A DNA stretch of 64,000 bases from an uncultured Spirochaetota bacterium (GTDB lineage: Bacteria; Spirochaetota; Brevinematia; Brevinematales; JAOACQ01), in assembly GCA_963835575.1 (NCBI GenBank), contig CAWIGG010000006.1, positions 96,001 through 160,000 on the forward strand, in the 5' to 3' direction. A model generated the notes under the pieces. That model was given only the letters and a program-made list of their open reading frames with translations. It was not told the origin of the DNA and did no database searches. Position numbers and translations under genes: made by a program. How positions within the stretch are numbered: the stretch's first letter is position 1; each line of letters begins with the position of its first letter. Shown piece after piece: positions 20,968 through 30,744 of the stretch.

Positions 20968-21363
20968 CTATTTTTCTTCGACCTTTTTTATGATGATGTA
21001 AATTCCCGCTCCGATGATCAGCTCGGTAAAGAGAAGAAGGAGCCAGTTCAGGAGCGCCGGATAGCTTCCGGGAAGGCCCACGGCGAATTTCGAGAGAATA
21101 ATGCGGGCAATCCAGAAGATCAGGATAATGTACATTGAGGTCCGGAGAAGCTTCTTATCGACGGCGGTAAACATGCTGACAAGCAGTATGATGCCGGCGA
21201 AAAGCTCCACAATACCGAAGATCACTTCAAGGGCCAGGGTGTATCTGAGCGTGAAATAACTTTCCTCAATGCCTGGAATGATCCCCAGGAGCCCTAATAT
21301 CAGAAAGAACACCGCGATGAGAAAAATGAGAAGGTTGATGGGAGTGACTTTGTGTTTAGCCAT
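20968..21363 (-). CDS. small integral membrane protein (about four TM helices)
   Basis: AGGAGG RBS; hydrophobic segments. Confidence 0.8.
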   Translation of the reverse strand: MAKHKVTPINLLIFLIAVFFLILGLLGIIPGIEESYFTLRYTLALEVIFGIVELFAGIILLVSMFTAVDKKLLRTSMYIILIFWIARIILSKFAVGLPGSYPALLNWLLLLFTELIIGAGIYIIIKKVEEK

Positions 21364-21411
21364 GACGGCCTCCTTTTTATTTATTGCCTATTAATCTAAT
21401 CTAATCTAATC

Positions 21412-22125
21412 TTAATCTAAATACTTCTTCCTGTCCGTTAAAAAATCCCTGTACACTTTGTAGTAATCCGTTTCCTCATAAACAATTTTCTGTATCGGAG
21501 CGCCGTTAAAGCTGTAAATCTCGGCGCCGGGATAGGCCAGGATGATGGGGGAATGCGTCGCGATGATGTACTGGACATTCCCGGTATTGACGGTCTCTTT
21601 CATTATCTTCAGGAGTTCGATTTGCCGTTTGGGCGAGAGGGCGTTTTCGGGCTCGTCCAGGAGGTACAGCCCCTTCCTCTGGTAGCGGCTTTTAAAGAAA
21701 GCCAGGTGGCGCTCGCCATGCGAGCGGGTGATCAGGGAATCGCCGCCGAAATAATCGAACATCGCTTTGTCGGAGCGGGCCCATTCGTCCAGGTACTCGG
21801 CGAAGTATTGAAAGATCTCCGAGGCGAAGAAAGAGCCGGGCACTTTATCCTTTTCCCATTCGATGTCGATGTAGCGGTATAGTTCCTCGGCGTATTTATT
21901 ATAATAGAAGGTCGGGCGTTCCTCGTCCCTCCAGATATGGATGCCGCATTTTTTGGCCAGCGCCTTGAGCATCGTGGATTTGCCGGTCCCGTTTTCTCCG
22001 ATGAAAAAAGTCACCGGCGTCTCAAATGCCATGGAATGGGTGTGGTTGAAGATGTCCAGGTTAAAGGGATAGACATTATTGACAGGGTATCTTTCGCTGT
22101 GGATATGGACTTTCTTCAGGTGCAT
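21412..22125 (-). CDS. ABC-type/AAA family ATPase
   Basis: Walker A GENGTGKST, SHGE signature, Walker B LYLLDEPE, ATHSP. Confidence 0.92.
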   Translation of the reverse strand: MHLKKVHIHSERYPVNNVYPFNLDIFNHTHSMAFETPVTFFIGENGTGKSTMLKALAKKCGIHIWRDEERPTFYYNKYAEELYRYIDIEWEKDKVPGSFFASEIFQYFAEYLDEWARSDKAMFDYFGGDSLITRSHGERHLAFFKSRYQRKGLYLLDEPENALSPKRQIELLKIMKETVNTGNVQYIIATHSPIILAYPGAEIYSFNGAPIQKIVYEETDYYKVYRDFLTDRKKYLD

Positions 22126-22187
22126 GGAGGCTCCTTCTAATCGGAAAAGTATTGTTAGTCGAATAACTTATAACTTTAACAAAAGGC

Positions 22188-22335
22188 CCGTCATTGCGAG
22201 CATCAATTTATCTTCTTTGCCGCTGATTATCGTGCGAAGCAATCTGTAATTTCATAAAGTCATCTTTATTTGCAGACAGTTTGCTTCGCTCTAAAATTAT
22301 CAGCAAGGCATAAAACAGGATGCTCGCAATGACGG
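22188..22335. repeat. REP-like palindromic element
   Basis: CCGTCATTGCGAGCATC...GATGCTCGCAATGACGG outer stem; inner GCGAAGCAA/TTGCTTCGC stem. Confidence 0.75.
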
Positions 22336-22373
22336 CTTTTATTTAACATAATCATTTTACGTTCGAAAATCCT

Positions 22374-23864
22374 TTATTGATTTAAGAATTCCTTTTTGAT
22401 TTTCCCGAATTCGTCCTTGCCGCAGGCCAGGGCCGCCGTGGCCGGCGCCGCTTTTTTTACGGCCTTTACCATTTCGGCTGAAATTTCCCTGATGTCCCAC
22501 TGGGCGTGGCTGTCCATGCGCAGCCTTGCGATATGATATATTTCCCTCAGGCTCGCTTTAACCAGAATTCTCCGCCTGTGCGCGTTTGTCAGAATATATT
22601 CCGCGGCGGTGCCATTATCTTTATTGAGACTGTCATACGCCTTTTCAGTTTCTTCCATAACTCGGGTAAAAAGGCCTTCCTGCCCTGTTTCCTTTATTGA
22701 GGGCGGGATTGTGAAGCCCAGCGAGGGATCGTAAGGCTGTTTAAGCAGGGTCATCATCCGGTGCCGCTTCATCTGGGCGAAGGCGCTGGAGCTGATTATG
22801 ATCTCAAAAAGAAAATCGGCCGCCTCAAATTCCCTGAAGAGCGTGTCATGTTCGCCCAGGCCGCTTAAAAGCTCTTTTATAAATTTCATCTGCCCGGCCT
22901 GTCCCATTTTTTTTGCCCCGGCCAGACAGAGGCTGTAGGGCTTGCCGGAAGAGGTATGCAGAAGCGCCGCGATGATTTTCGAATCAGGGTCTTCCGTATG
23001 GTCCAGAAGCGTTACGGCGGGATTTTCTTTCTGCCCGCTGTCCGGTATTATTTTTCCCGCCAGGTCTGCGAGCTTCTGCCGGCCGTCTTCAAGAAGTCCG
23101 TCGGATACTTCCATGCCGAACTGCTTTTTAAAAGCTTCCGGATCGGACAGTATGATGAGCGAGGGAACGATGCCCCGGGCGTTCTCGTAAAGTTTATTGA
23201 CGAGTTCGCGGACTTCGCTTAATGGATGGTATTTGAGCTTCCTGATGATGTATTCAAGGTTCCTCGCGTTCGCCGAAAAACCGAGCTGGCATTCCGTGGC
23301 CATCGGCAGGGCATAGCGCGCGTCTTCCTTGGCCCATCCTTCTATTATATTCTGCCCGGATTTTGACTCGAGCATTTCCGGGCTCTGTTTTTTCTGAAAT
23401 TCATGCAGGACTGGAAAAAGCTTTTTATAGGCCTCAACCTGATTGACGACTGTATTTCTGAAAAGTTTTTCGGCATCCTTATTGAACTCGGCCGGCATGA
23501 CGTAATCGCCTTCCAGCGTGATGTACCGCTGGGACTTTTCCGTGTAGGAACAGAGGCGGGCTTCCTCCAGCGCTTCGACAGCGAGCCTGGAAAGCCCGAG
23601 TATGTCAAAATTAAGCATTGCATGCTCGGCCACGGAATGATGTCCCATCTTAAAAACGATATTTTCGTTCGATTTTCTGGCCTTGTCCACTTCCTCCCGG
23701 GAATCGGCGCGGAGCTCGGTCACAGGGCGCGGGTCCCTGCTGATCCTGGCGTATGCCGCCGAGATGGTTTCGGGAGTGATGTTATTTTTTCCGTCCCATC
23801 CGTCTGTTTTAAGCTTTTCCAGAACGGTTGTGTCCACATTATATCCGGCCAGCTTTACTTCCAT
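22374..23864 (-). CDS. thyX: FAD-dependent thymidylate synthase, tandem two-domain form
   Basis: MGHHSVAEH, SYTEKSQRY, EDARYALP, second domain KRHR and HAQWDIR; ATG after GAGGA (ORF track start 23876). Confidence 0.88.
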   Translation of the reverse strand: MEVKLAGYNVDTTVLEKLKTDGWDGKNNITPETISAAYARISRDPRPVTELRADSREEVDKARKSNENIVFKMGHHSVAEHAMLNFDILGLSRLAVEALEEARLCSYTEKSQRYITLEGDYVMPAEFNKDAEKLFRNTVVNQVEAYKKLFPVLHEFQKKQSPEMLESKSGQNIIEGWAKEDARYALPMATECQLGFSANARNLEYIIRKLKYHPLSEVRELVNKLYENARGIVPSLIILSDPEAFKKQFGMEVSDGLLEDGRQKLADLAGKIIPDSGQKENPAVTLLDHTEDPDSKIIAALLHTSSGKPYSLCLAGAKKMGQAGQMKFIKELLSGLGEHDTLFREFEAADFLFEIIISSSAFAQMKRHRMMTLLKQPYDPSLGFTIPPSIKETGQEGLFTRVMEETEKAYDSLNKDNGTAAEYILTNAHRRRILVKASLREIYHIARLRMDSHAQWDIREISAEMVKAVKKAAPATAALACGKDEFGKIKKEFLNQ

Positions 23865-23974
23865 TATTTTCCTCACATATGATGTTCTTATTAAGCGGAT
23901 TATTATTTATAGATTTTAGAAGCTTCTGGGTTTATCAGCATGATAATAAAATTTTACTTTAAAACGCCGTCCGG

Positions 23975-25003
23975 TTAATCCAGCGCTGTGATATTTAAAG
24001 GCGGTTTATCAATGACTTCAAAATGCACGCTCGTTTCCTTGAATAAATCCTCGTATGTTTTATCCGGATAATAGGTGCAGGTAATAAACCTTTTTATTCT
24101 TGCGTTGACAACCATCTTCGCGCAGATGATGCAGGGCGAATGGGTGCTGTAAAGCGTCGCGTCTTCCGTGCTTGAGCCATGAAGCGCCGCGTGGATGATG
24201 GCGTTCTGCTCGGCGTGGACCGCGCGGCAGACTTCATGCTGTGTGCCGGATTTGATCCCCATCTGGTCACGGAGGCATCCCAGCTCGATGCAGTCCTTGA
24301 CGCCTGAAGGGGCGCCGTTATAACCCGAGCTGATGATATGGTTGTTTTTGACGATGATGGCGCCGATATGGTGCCTGATGCATGTGGAGCGCTCCGCGAC
24401 AAGAAAGGCCATTTTCATAAAATACTCGTCCCATGTCGGCCTCTTGTAAGGCTGGTAATTCAGCTCAGTCAGGATGCCGTCAATCTTTTTATAAAGGTCT
24501 TTAATAGTACCGTCGTTATCTAATTTATAATCGGCGAGTTCGAAGCATTTGCCGAGCTGCTGGGCTTTATCGTCCCTGGAGTTTTCCCTTTCCTCTTTCT
24601 GGATAAATTCTTTTATTGTCGATCCGTCGCCGGCCCTGCCTCGTTTGAGGGCCCGTTCAAACCTTTTATTGATATCAGCCGTCACTCCGATGAGCTTAAA
24701 ATCGGCCAGGTTATTCCTGAGCACCTCGATCTCATAAGTATTCCTGATGCTGTCGACAATGGCCTGGGGCGAATTTTTTATTTTAGTGATTGTCCTCTTG
24801 GCCAGAATGGAGGGGCCTTCCTTTTCCCTCAGGTCATTTCCGATGGCGATAAGGTTGTCGCGCGTCGGTTCCATGCCCCTGTGTTTTGCCTCTTCCCGTA
24901 TGATATCGGACAATGAAAACGCGATAAACTTCTTTTTTTCAACCAGGTATTTTATCGCTTCGCCTTTTCCTGCCGCGTTCGGCCCTGTAAAACCTAAAAA
25001 CAT
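23975..25003 (-). CDS. P-loop nucleotide kinase-like domain fused to dCMP deaminase
   Basis: N-terminal GFTGPNAAGKG, DSIRN; C-terminal RPTWDEYFM, ERSTC, GYNG, HAEQNA, PCIIC. Confidence 0.9.
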   Translation of the reverse strand: MFLGFTGPNAAGKGEAIKYLVEKKKFIAFSLSDIIREEAKHRGMEPTRDNLIAIGNDLREKEGPSILAKRTITKIKNSPQAIVDSIRNTYEIEVLRNNLADFKLIGVTADINKRFERALKRGRAGDGSTIKEFIQKEERENSRDDKAQQLGKCFELADYKLDNDGTIKDLYKKIDGILTELNYQPYKRPTWDEYFMKMAFLVAERSTCIRHHIGAIIVKNNHIISSGYNGAPSGVKDCIELGCLRDQMGIKSGTQHEVCRAVHAEQNAIIHAALHGSSTEDATLYSTHSPCIICAKMVVNARIKRFITCTYYPDKTYEDLFKETSVHFEVIDKPPLNITALD

Positions 25004-25028
25004 GCCGTCCTCCAGATTTTTAAATATT

Positions 25029-25152
25029 TAGTGTAGTTCTAAAAACTGACAAAAACATAAGAATTAAAAATGTATTATTCCACAAGTAAAATATTTTTGG
25101 TATTTCCCAAAACACCAATTTGATATATTGGTGGTTTTTGGGAATGCCCTTA
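25029..25152. repeat. degenerate short relative of the 208-bp MITE
   Basis: Ends TAGTGTAGTTCTAAAAAC and GTTTTTGGGAATGCCCTTA resemble the AAGGGCAGTTCYAAAAAC TIR. Confidence 0.45.
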
Positions 25153-25249
25153 ATAAAAACGGGAATTATTAAGAGATATTTTATAGTGCGGAATGGAATT
25201 TTACAAAATAATCGAATGGTTTTTATTAAAAAAATAATAAATAGGAAAA

Positions 25250-27569
25250 CTATTGAGACGCGGCTTTTTTCTTTTTTTCTTTTTTTGCCTTTTTTTCCAG
25301 ATAAAGCTTGGAATCGGCTTCTTCCATCATTTCTTCAATGGAATAATACTTTCCGGGCAAATAAGGCGCCGAGCCGACGGAAAAGTCAAGCGTATACGGC
25401 TTGCCGGAATTTTGATTATAGTCTTTAATGAATTCCAACATTCTTTTTCTGATCTGAGAAAATTCCTGGATGGTTGAATCAATTGCAAGAACAGCGAATT
25501 CGTCTCCGCCCCACCGGCCTATGATATCTGTCTGGCGGAATGTTTTGATAAAAATTTTCGCTGTTTCATGGATAATGGAATCCCCTTCTTTATGACCGTA
25601 TGTGTCATTAATAAATTTTAAGCTGTCGATGTCGATGAAAAAAAACAGGAATTCGCGGGGTCTCCTCTTCGAAAGATCAAGGTGCTGTCGGGCCAGAGTC
25701 ATAAATCCCCTACGGTTGTATAGGCCGGTCAATTCGTCCAGAACGGAAAGCTGTTCGAGTTTTTTATAGGAGTTTTCAAGGGCCTGGAGTGTTTTTTTAA
25801 GCTCTTCTGAGATTTCATTTTCATGCTCGAGGAGCAAAGCGCCTTTTATGGCTCCGGAAATCTGGCTCCGTAATTCTTCATAGATAATATCATTGTTCTT
25901 GATCATGCTGAGCACAATGTAGCCGAAATGCTCGTTTCTCAGGAAAAGCGGCATAACAGCCGCGCTTACCTGCTCATTTGAATTTATAAACCCGGGCGGT
26001 ATTATTTTATTTGTCTGAATAACCGGGTTTGAATGATTGACATGCTTGCCGCCGCGATAGTCAAGCAGTATTTTAGACTCCTGCGGGATTTCCCATTTCA
26101 GCTTGCCGTCCCACCGGATATCGCTTTTATATAAACATAATAAAAATTTCTCTATTCCAAGAATGTCGAACTGGGAAGTCAGAACTTTGATCAATTCTTG
26201 AATATTAAGAGTTGACATAATGGATTGACTGATCGAATAAATCAGGAGTTCCTGATTTCCTCTCTTTTTTAATATATTATACTGAACACGGTTCAGAAAT
26301 GTGCTGTAGAGAACCTGGGCTTTAAGAAAAATATCCTCTGTTTTATTTAATTGTTTAATATCCTTGAGATAAGGGATAATAAGCTTGCGGATAATGATTA
26401 ATGCCTTTTGCAAGAAGGAGATGTCGACATCCTCTTTTATAAGCTGTTTGAGGATCTCCTCCATGCCCAGAAGAAAAAAGCTGCTTTCCGAAGGAGCGGT
26501 GATATCCTGTTTTAATTTTTTTAAAAGCCGGCCTATCAGGGCAGTATGCGACTGATTATCAGCAAAGAAATCCTGAATTTCTTCGAAAATCTCACTGAAA
26601 ATTGCCGGATCAAACTCATTCGGAATTTTACCCTGTATTTCTTCCCGGGAATCTTCTTTTTGATCTGTTTCAAGAGAAACACTGTTCAAAAGTTCATCAG
26701 AACATCCGCAGGACTGCCGGATAACCAGTTCGGGTTGGAAGGGAAACGATTTCAGGAACATCCCGGCCCTCCATGAGGTCTAATAAAAGATCAACGGCTG
26801 TTTCTACCTCTTTTTTAAACGGCTGGCGGACAGTAGTGGCCGGCGGATGCGTAAATTTTATTTCCTCAATATCGTCAAATCCGGTCACTTTAATGTCCCT
26901 CGGAATTTGATAATTCATTTTATCAAGCGCCGTCATAATTCCCAGCAGCATCTCATCGTTGGCCGCCATGATCACATCCGGTTTTACTTTACGCTTTTTC
27001 AGCAGTTCTTCAACCGCGCGGAAGCCTGAATCAAACACAAAATTTCCCGGAGCGACAAGGGAAGGATCAAAATCAATATTATTTTCTTTCAGGGCTTGTT
27101 TATAGGCCTCAAATCTGTTATCGGCTTCCTGGAATTTTTCAGGGCCTCTTACAAAAGCGATTTTTTTTGCGCCATGCTCTTTGATAAGATGATGAACGAC
27201 TTTTTTGATGCCGATCGATTCGTCAATGATCACGCTGGGTATTCCGGGGACCTCACTGACTAAATTGACTAAAGGGATCTTTTTGAAGTGGTTGAGAAAT
27301 GAGAAATATTGTTTCAATTCAATATAAACGGATAATGTAGCGTTGGAAATAATTCCATCAACTGAATATTTATTCGCGAGGGAATAAATAATATTAAACT
27401 GGGTATTAAAATTATAAGAATAGCAAAGAGATTTGCCGGGGAAGAAAAGAACATTAATATCTCTTTTCCTGCAGACATCAAACATAAGAGGCCAGATAAC
27501 ACTATGGTAAGACCCATTAAACTGGTTAATGAAAAAAGCAATTGTTTTACGGCCGTTCTTTTTCTTCAT
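25250..27569 (-). pseudogene. LacI-type sugar-binding sensor fused to a GGDEF diguanylate cyclase, split by a 1-bp frameshift (ORFs 26697-27569 and 25250-26761)
   Basis: Removing one C from ACCC (26732-26734) joins VPEIVSLPT to ELVIRQSCGC; DELTGLYNRRGF and RWGGDEF motifs; may be a sequencing error. Confidence 0.75.
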
Positions 27570-27783
27570 TGCGGGTTAAATCCCCCTAATTGTATTATAT
27601 TATTTATGTAAAATTAAATCAAGAGCATTTTATTAACTGACACGAATCAATGAACTGTTAATAAAGACTGCTTTTTTTTCATATAAAGATAGTATCATTA
27701 TAAGGATATTATAAAGTTATAAGCAGAACTGGTATAAAAATGTAATTTTAAGAATGATTCTTGATTTAATAAGAGACATTTCG

Positions 27784-28788
27784 TTAGGCGGAAACATTTT
27801 TCAACATATTCATCTGTTCTTCATTCAGATGTATATCCAGCGATTTGAGGTTCTCCTCGAGCTGTGCCCGGCTGCTGACGCCAACAACTGGAATGACCTT
27901 TGGCTGATGATGAAGAAGCCAGGCCAGGACCAGCAGGCTTTTTTTAACTCCCAATTCCAGGGATAAATCATCCAGGGCATTCAGCCGGGCGCCGGTATCC
28001 GGGCCTTCAAAAAAAGGCCAGTGGTCGTATGTCTTCCGTTTTTCGGGATTGTCATAAACGCCTTTCAGAAGCGGCGAGTAAGCGGTTAAGATTATATCAG
28101 GATTTTCCCTGAGGTAGTCCAGAAGCTCATCGCCGGTATGGGGATAGATGCCGAAGTCGGAGCCGGGTTTAGGCCTGAGATAGGAATAGCGGAGCTGGAC
28201 GGCGCAGAAAGCCGCCCATCCGTTTGACCCGCTGATATTCCGGGCCTTTTCAATGCGCCACGCGCGGTAGTTGCTGCACCCTATGTGCCGGATCTTTCCC
28301 TCTTTAACTAGGCTGTTCAGTGTTTCCAGAGTTTCTTCAAGAAGAACGTTCCGGTCGTCTATATGGGTATACAGGAGGTCGATCCTGTCTGTTTGAAGTC
28401 TTTTCAGGCTTCCCTCGACGGCCTTGCGTACCGCTCCGGAGGAAAGGCCTTCGAATTCCTTTGGAAAAAGGTCCCATTTTATTTCTCCTTTTTCATCCCT
28501 TATCGCAGCCGTATCTTTCGGCCTGGCGCCAATTTTTGTCGCCAGGAAAATTTTTTCCCTGCTTTTCCTTTCCTTAATCCATTGTCCGATAACCGTCTCG
28601 CTTTCATCGCCTGAGCCGGCCCACCAGGCGTAGTTATCGGCCGTGTCAATAAAATTCCCGCCCGCGTCCAGAAAGCAATCGAGGATCGAATATGACTCAT
28701 CCTTTTTGACGGATGTTCCCATGATCATGCATCCCAGGCAGATCCGGCTGACCATACGGCCCGTGCGGCCGAGTTCGATTTTATCCAT
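27784..28788 (-). CDS. aldo/keto reductase
   Basis: ICLGCM, FIDTADNY, SLKRLQTDRIDLLY, GKIRHIGCSN, AYSPL (ORF track start 28794). Confidence 0.95.
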   Translation of the reverse strand: MDKIELGRTGRMVSRICLGCMIMGTSVKKDESYSILDCFLDAGGNFIDTADNYAWWAGSGDESETVIGQWIKERKSREKIFLATKIGARPKDTAAIRDEKGEIKWDLFPKEFEGLSSGAVRKAVEGSLKRLQTDRIDLLYTHIDDRNVLLEETLETLNSLVKEGKIRHIGCSNYRAWRIEKARNISGSNGWAAFCAVQLRYSYLRPKPGSDFGIYPHTGDELLDYLRENPDIILTAYSPLLKGVYDNPEKRKTYDHWPFFEGPDTGARLNALDDLSLELGVKKSLLVLAWLLHHQPKVIPVVGVSSRAQLEENLKSLDIHLNEEQMNMLKNVSA

Positions 28789-28847
28789 ATACACTCCTTT
28801 TCAAACCTTTCCAATAAATTAATTATTCTTCTTTAATATTTTCAATT

Positions 28848-28962
28848 TTCACAGGAAGACGGGAAGATACAGAGATCAATTTATGACAAACCGCCTTATT
28901 CCTTCCCGCCCCTTCAATGCGCTGCGCTTACTCAGGACATCGCTTCCCTTCTTCCTGTTAAA
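28848..28962. repeat. empty GGGAAG-type inverted-arm cassette with an interrupted right arm
   Basis: Left TTCACAGGAAG ACGGGAAG; right CTTCCCGC [about 33 bp] CTTCCCTT CTTCCTGTTAAA. Confidence 0.55.
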
Positions 28963-29020
28963 TGTTGTAAAGCGGGCAAAAATATAATGGATATTCTTAA
29001 CTTAATAATAACTAATATTC

Positions 29021-30540
29021 GTAACTATCCAGCCACTAAAAAATAGTCACATGAAATATTTGCATTGAGCATGAAACCATGCTATTCTATAGCATGAATG
29101 AAGATAGAAGAGAAAAAGACTGTGCGGCCTGCTTAAAACGATTTGAAGGCATCATTGCTGATTTACAAAACCAGATAAAGGAGCAGGGTTTAATCATTCA
29201 AAGACAAGCGGAAAAGATTAAGAAATTGGAAGAACAGCTTAATAAGGACAGCCATAACAGCAATAAACCGCCGTCTTCCGATAATCCATTCCAAAATACA
29301 GTAAAGAATTTACGGAAAAAGAGCGGTAAAAAACAAGGCGGCCAGTTTGGACATAAGGGAAATACTCTGAAGAAAGTAGAAAGCCCTGATAAGATCATAG
29401 AACATCAGGTTGAAAAATGTTCCTGTTGTGGAATTGATTTAAGTTCCGAATCAGTTAAGCGGACGGAAAGAAGGCAGGTGTTCGATATACCTCCGATAAA
29501 AGTGGAAGTTACCGAACATCGCTCGGAAGTAAAAGATTGTCCGCATTGCGGTGCGAGAGTAACGGCGGAGTTTCCGGAAGGCATAACCAATAAGGCACAG
29601 TATGGAAAAAACATTAAAGCGCATCTGGTCTATATGAAAACATATGGGTTGATACCCTATGAAAGGCTTTCGGAATACGCCGAATGTTTATTGGGAGTGC
29701 CGCTCAGCAAGGCAACGATTGAAGGATTTATCCGGGAGACCTACAATAAATTAGAAGAGTATGAACAGAAAGTCATAGAACTGATACTAAAAGAAGTGGT
29801 TCTTCACTGTGATGAAACCGGTATTCGGATAAAAGGGTTATTAAAATGGCTCCATGTTGCCTCGAATGAACGTTTTACCTATTATTTTTCTCATGACAAA
29901 CGCGGCACAGAGGCGATGCGTGCGATGGACATTCTCACAAGATTTACCGGTATTATTATCCACGATGGATGGAAAAGTTATCTGGAATTCTTATGCCGTC
30001 ATGGATTGTGTAATGTACACCATTTGAGAGAGCTAATCTGGATACATGAGGAAATGGGTCAGGAATGGGCTAAGGAGATGGGTAATCTTCTTATAAGGAT
30101 TAAGAATGATAAAGAGGCAAGTTTTCCAATACCGGCGGAAAGGATTATAGAATATGATACGGAATATGACCGGATCATCGCGAAAGGATTTGCTGTAAAT
30201 CCAACGCCTGAAAAGCCGGAAGGACTTGTTAAACGCGGCAGAAAAAAGCGGGGCAAGGTTTTATGCCTATTAGACCGATTAAGAAAATATAAAGAATCTG
30301 TCCTTTTATTTATGCGGGAAAAAGATGTTCCATTCAGCAACAATTTGGCGGAACGGGATATCAGAATGATAAAAGTCCAGCAGAAAATATCAGGTACATT
30401 CAGAAGCTGGAATGGAGCGGCTGCCTTTTGCAGAATCAGGGGTTATATATCTACAGTAAAAAAGATGGGCGTCAGTGTTTATCAAGCCCTTATTGACGCG
30501 TTGAACGGCTCCGCTATTAAATATGCGGCTGGATAGTTAC
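29021..30540 (+). mobile_element. IS66-family insertion sequence (single-ORF type)
   Basis: Perfect TIR GTAACTATCCAGCC / GGCTGGATAGTTAC; 8-bp target duplication TAATATTC (29013-29020, 30541-30548). Confidence 0.95.
29079..30536 (+). CDS. IS66-family transposase
   Basis: NSNKPPSSD, GGQFGHKG, zinc ribbon, HCDETG, HGLCNVHHLREL, NNLAERDIR. Confidence 0.95.
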   Translation: MLFYSMNEDRREKDCAACLKRFEGIIADLQNQIKEQGLIIQRQAEKIKKLEEQLNKDSHNSNKPPSSDNPFQNTVKNLRKKSGKKQGGQFGHKGNTLKKVESPDKIIEHQVEKCSCCGIDLSSESVKRTERRQVFDIPPIKVEVTEHRSEVKDCPHCGARVTAEFPEGITNKAQYGKNIKAHLVYMKTYGLIPYERLSEYAECLLGVPLSKATIEGFIRETYNKLEEYEQKVIELILKEVVLHCDETGIRIKGLLKWLHVASNERFTYYFSHDKRGTEAMRAMDILTRFTGIIIHDGWKSYLEFLCRHGLCNVHHLRELIWIHEEMGQEWAKEMGNLLIRIKNDKEASFPIPAERIIEYDTEYDRIIAKGFAVNPTPEKPEGLVKRGRKKRGKVLCLLDRLRKYKESVLLFMREKDVPFSNNLAERDIRMIKVQQKISGTFRSWNGAAAFCRIRGYISTVKKMGVSVYQALIDALNGSAIKYAAG

Positions 30541-30744
30541 TAATATTCTTTTTATCAGTCAAACTATTCTTTTAAATATATTTCAATGTCAATAGAATTA
30601 AAAAAATGTTTTCATGCAAATTAACACCGCTGCACCTTTCATAAAAAATGACAATTTTGCCGGATTTTGTTATAATACTTCAATTGCGTTATTCCATAAA
30701 GATATAATTGTGTAAGTCTCGATGGAGTACATTCAGAGGACTTT

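Noticed and set aside
21392..21411. (TAATC)4 microsatellite
   Set aside because: Short, intergenic and apparently a slippage copy of the adjacent gene end; no evidence of function
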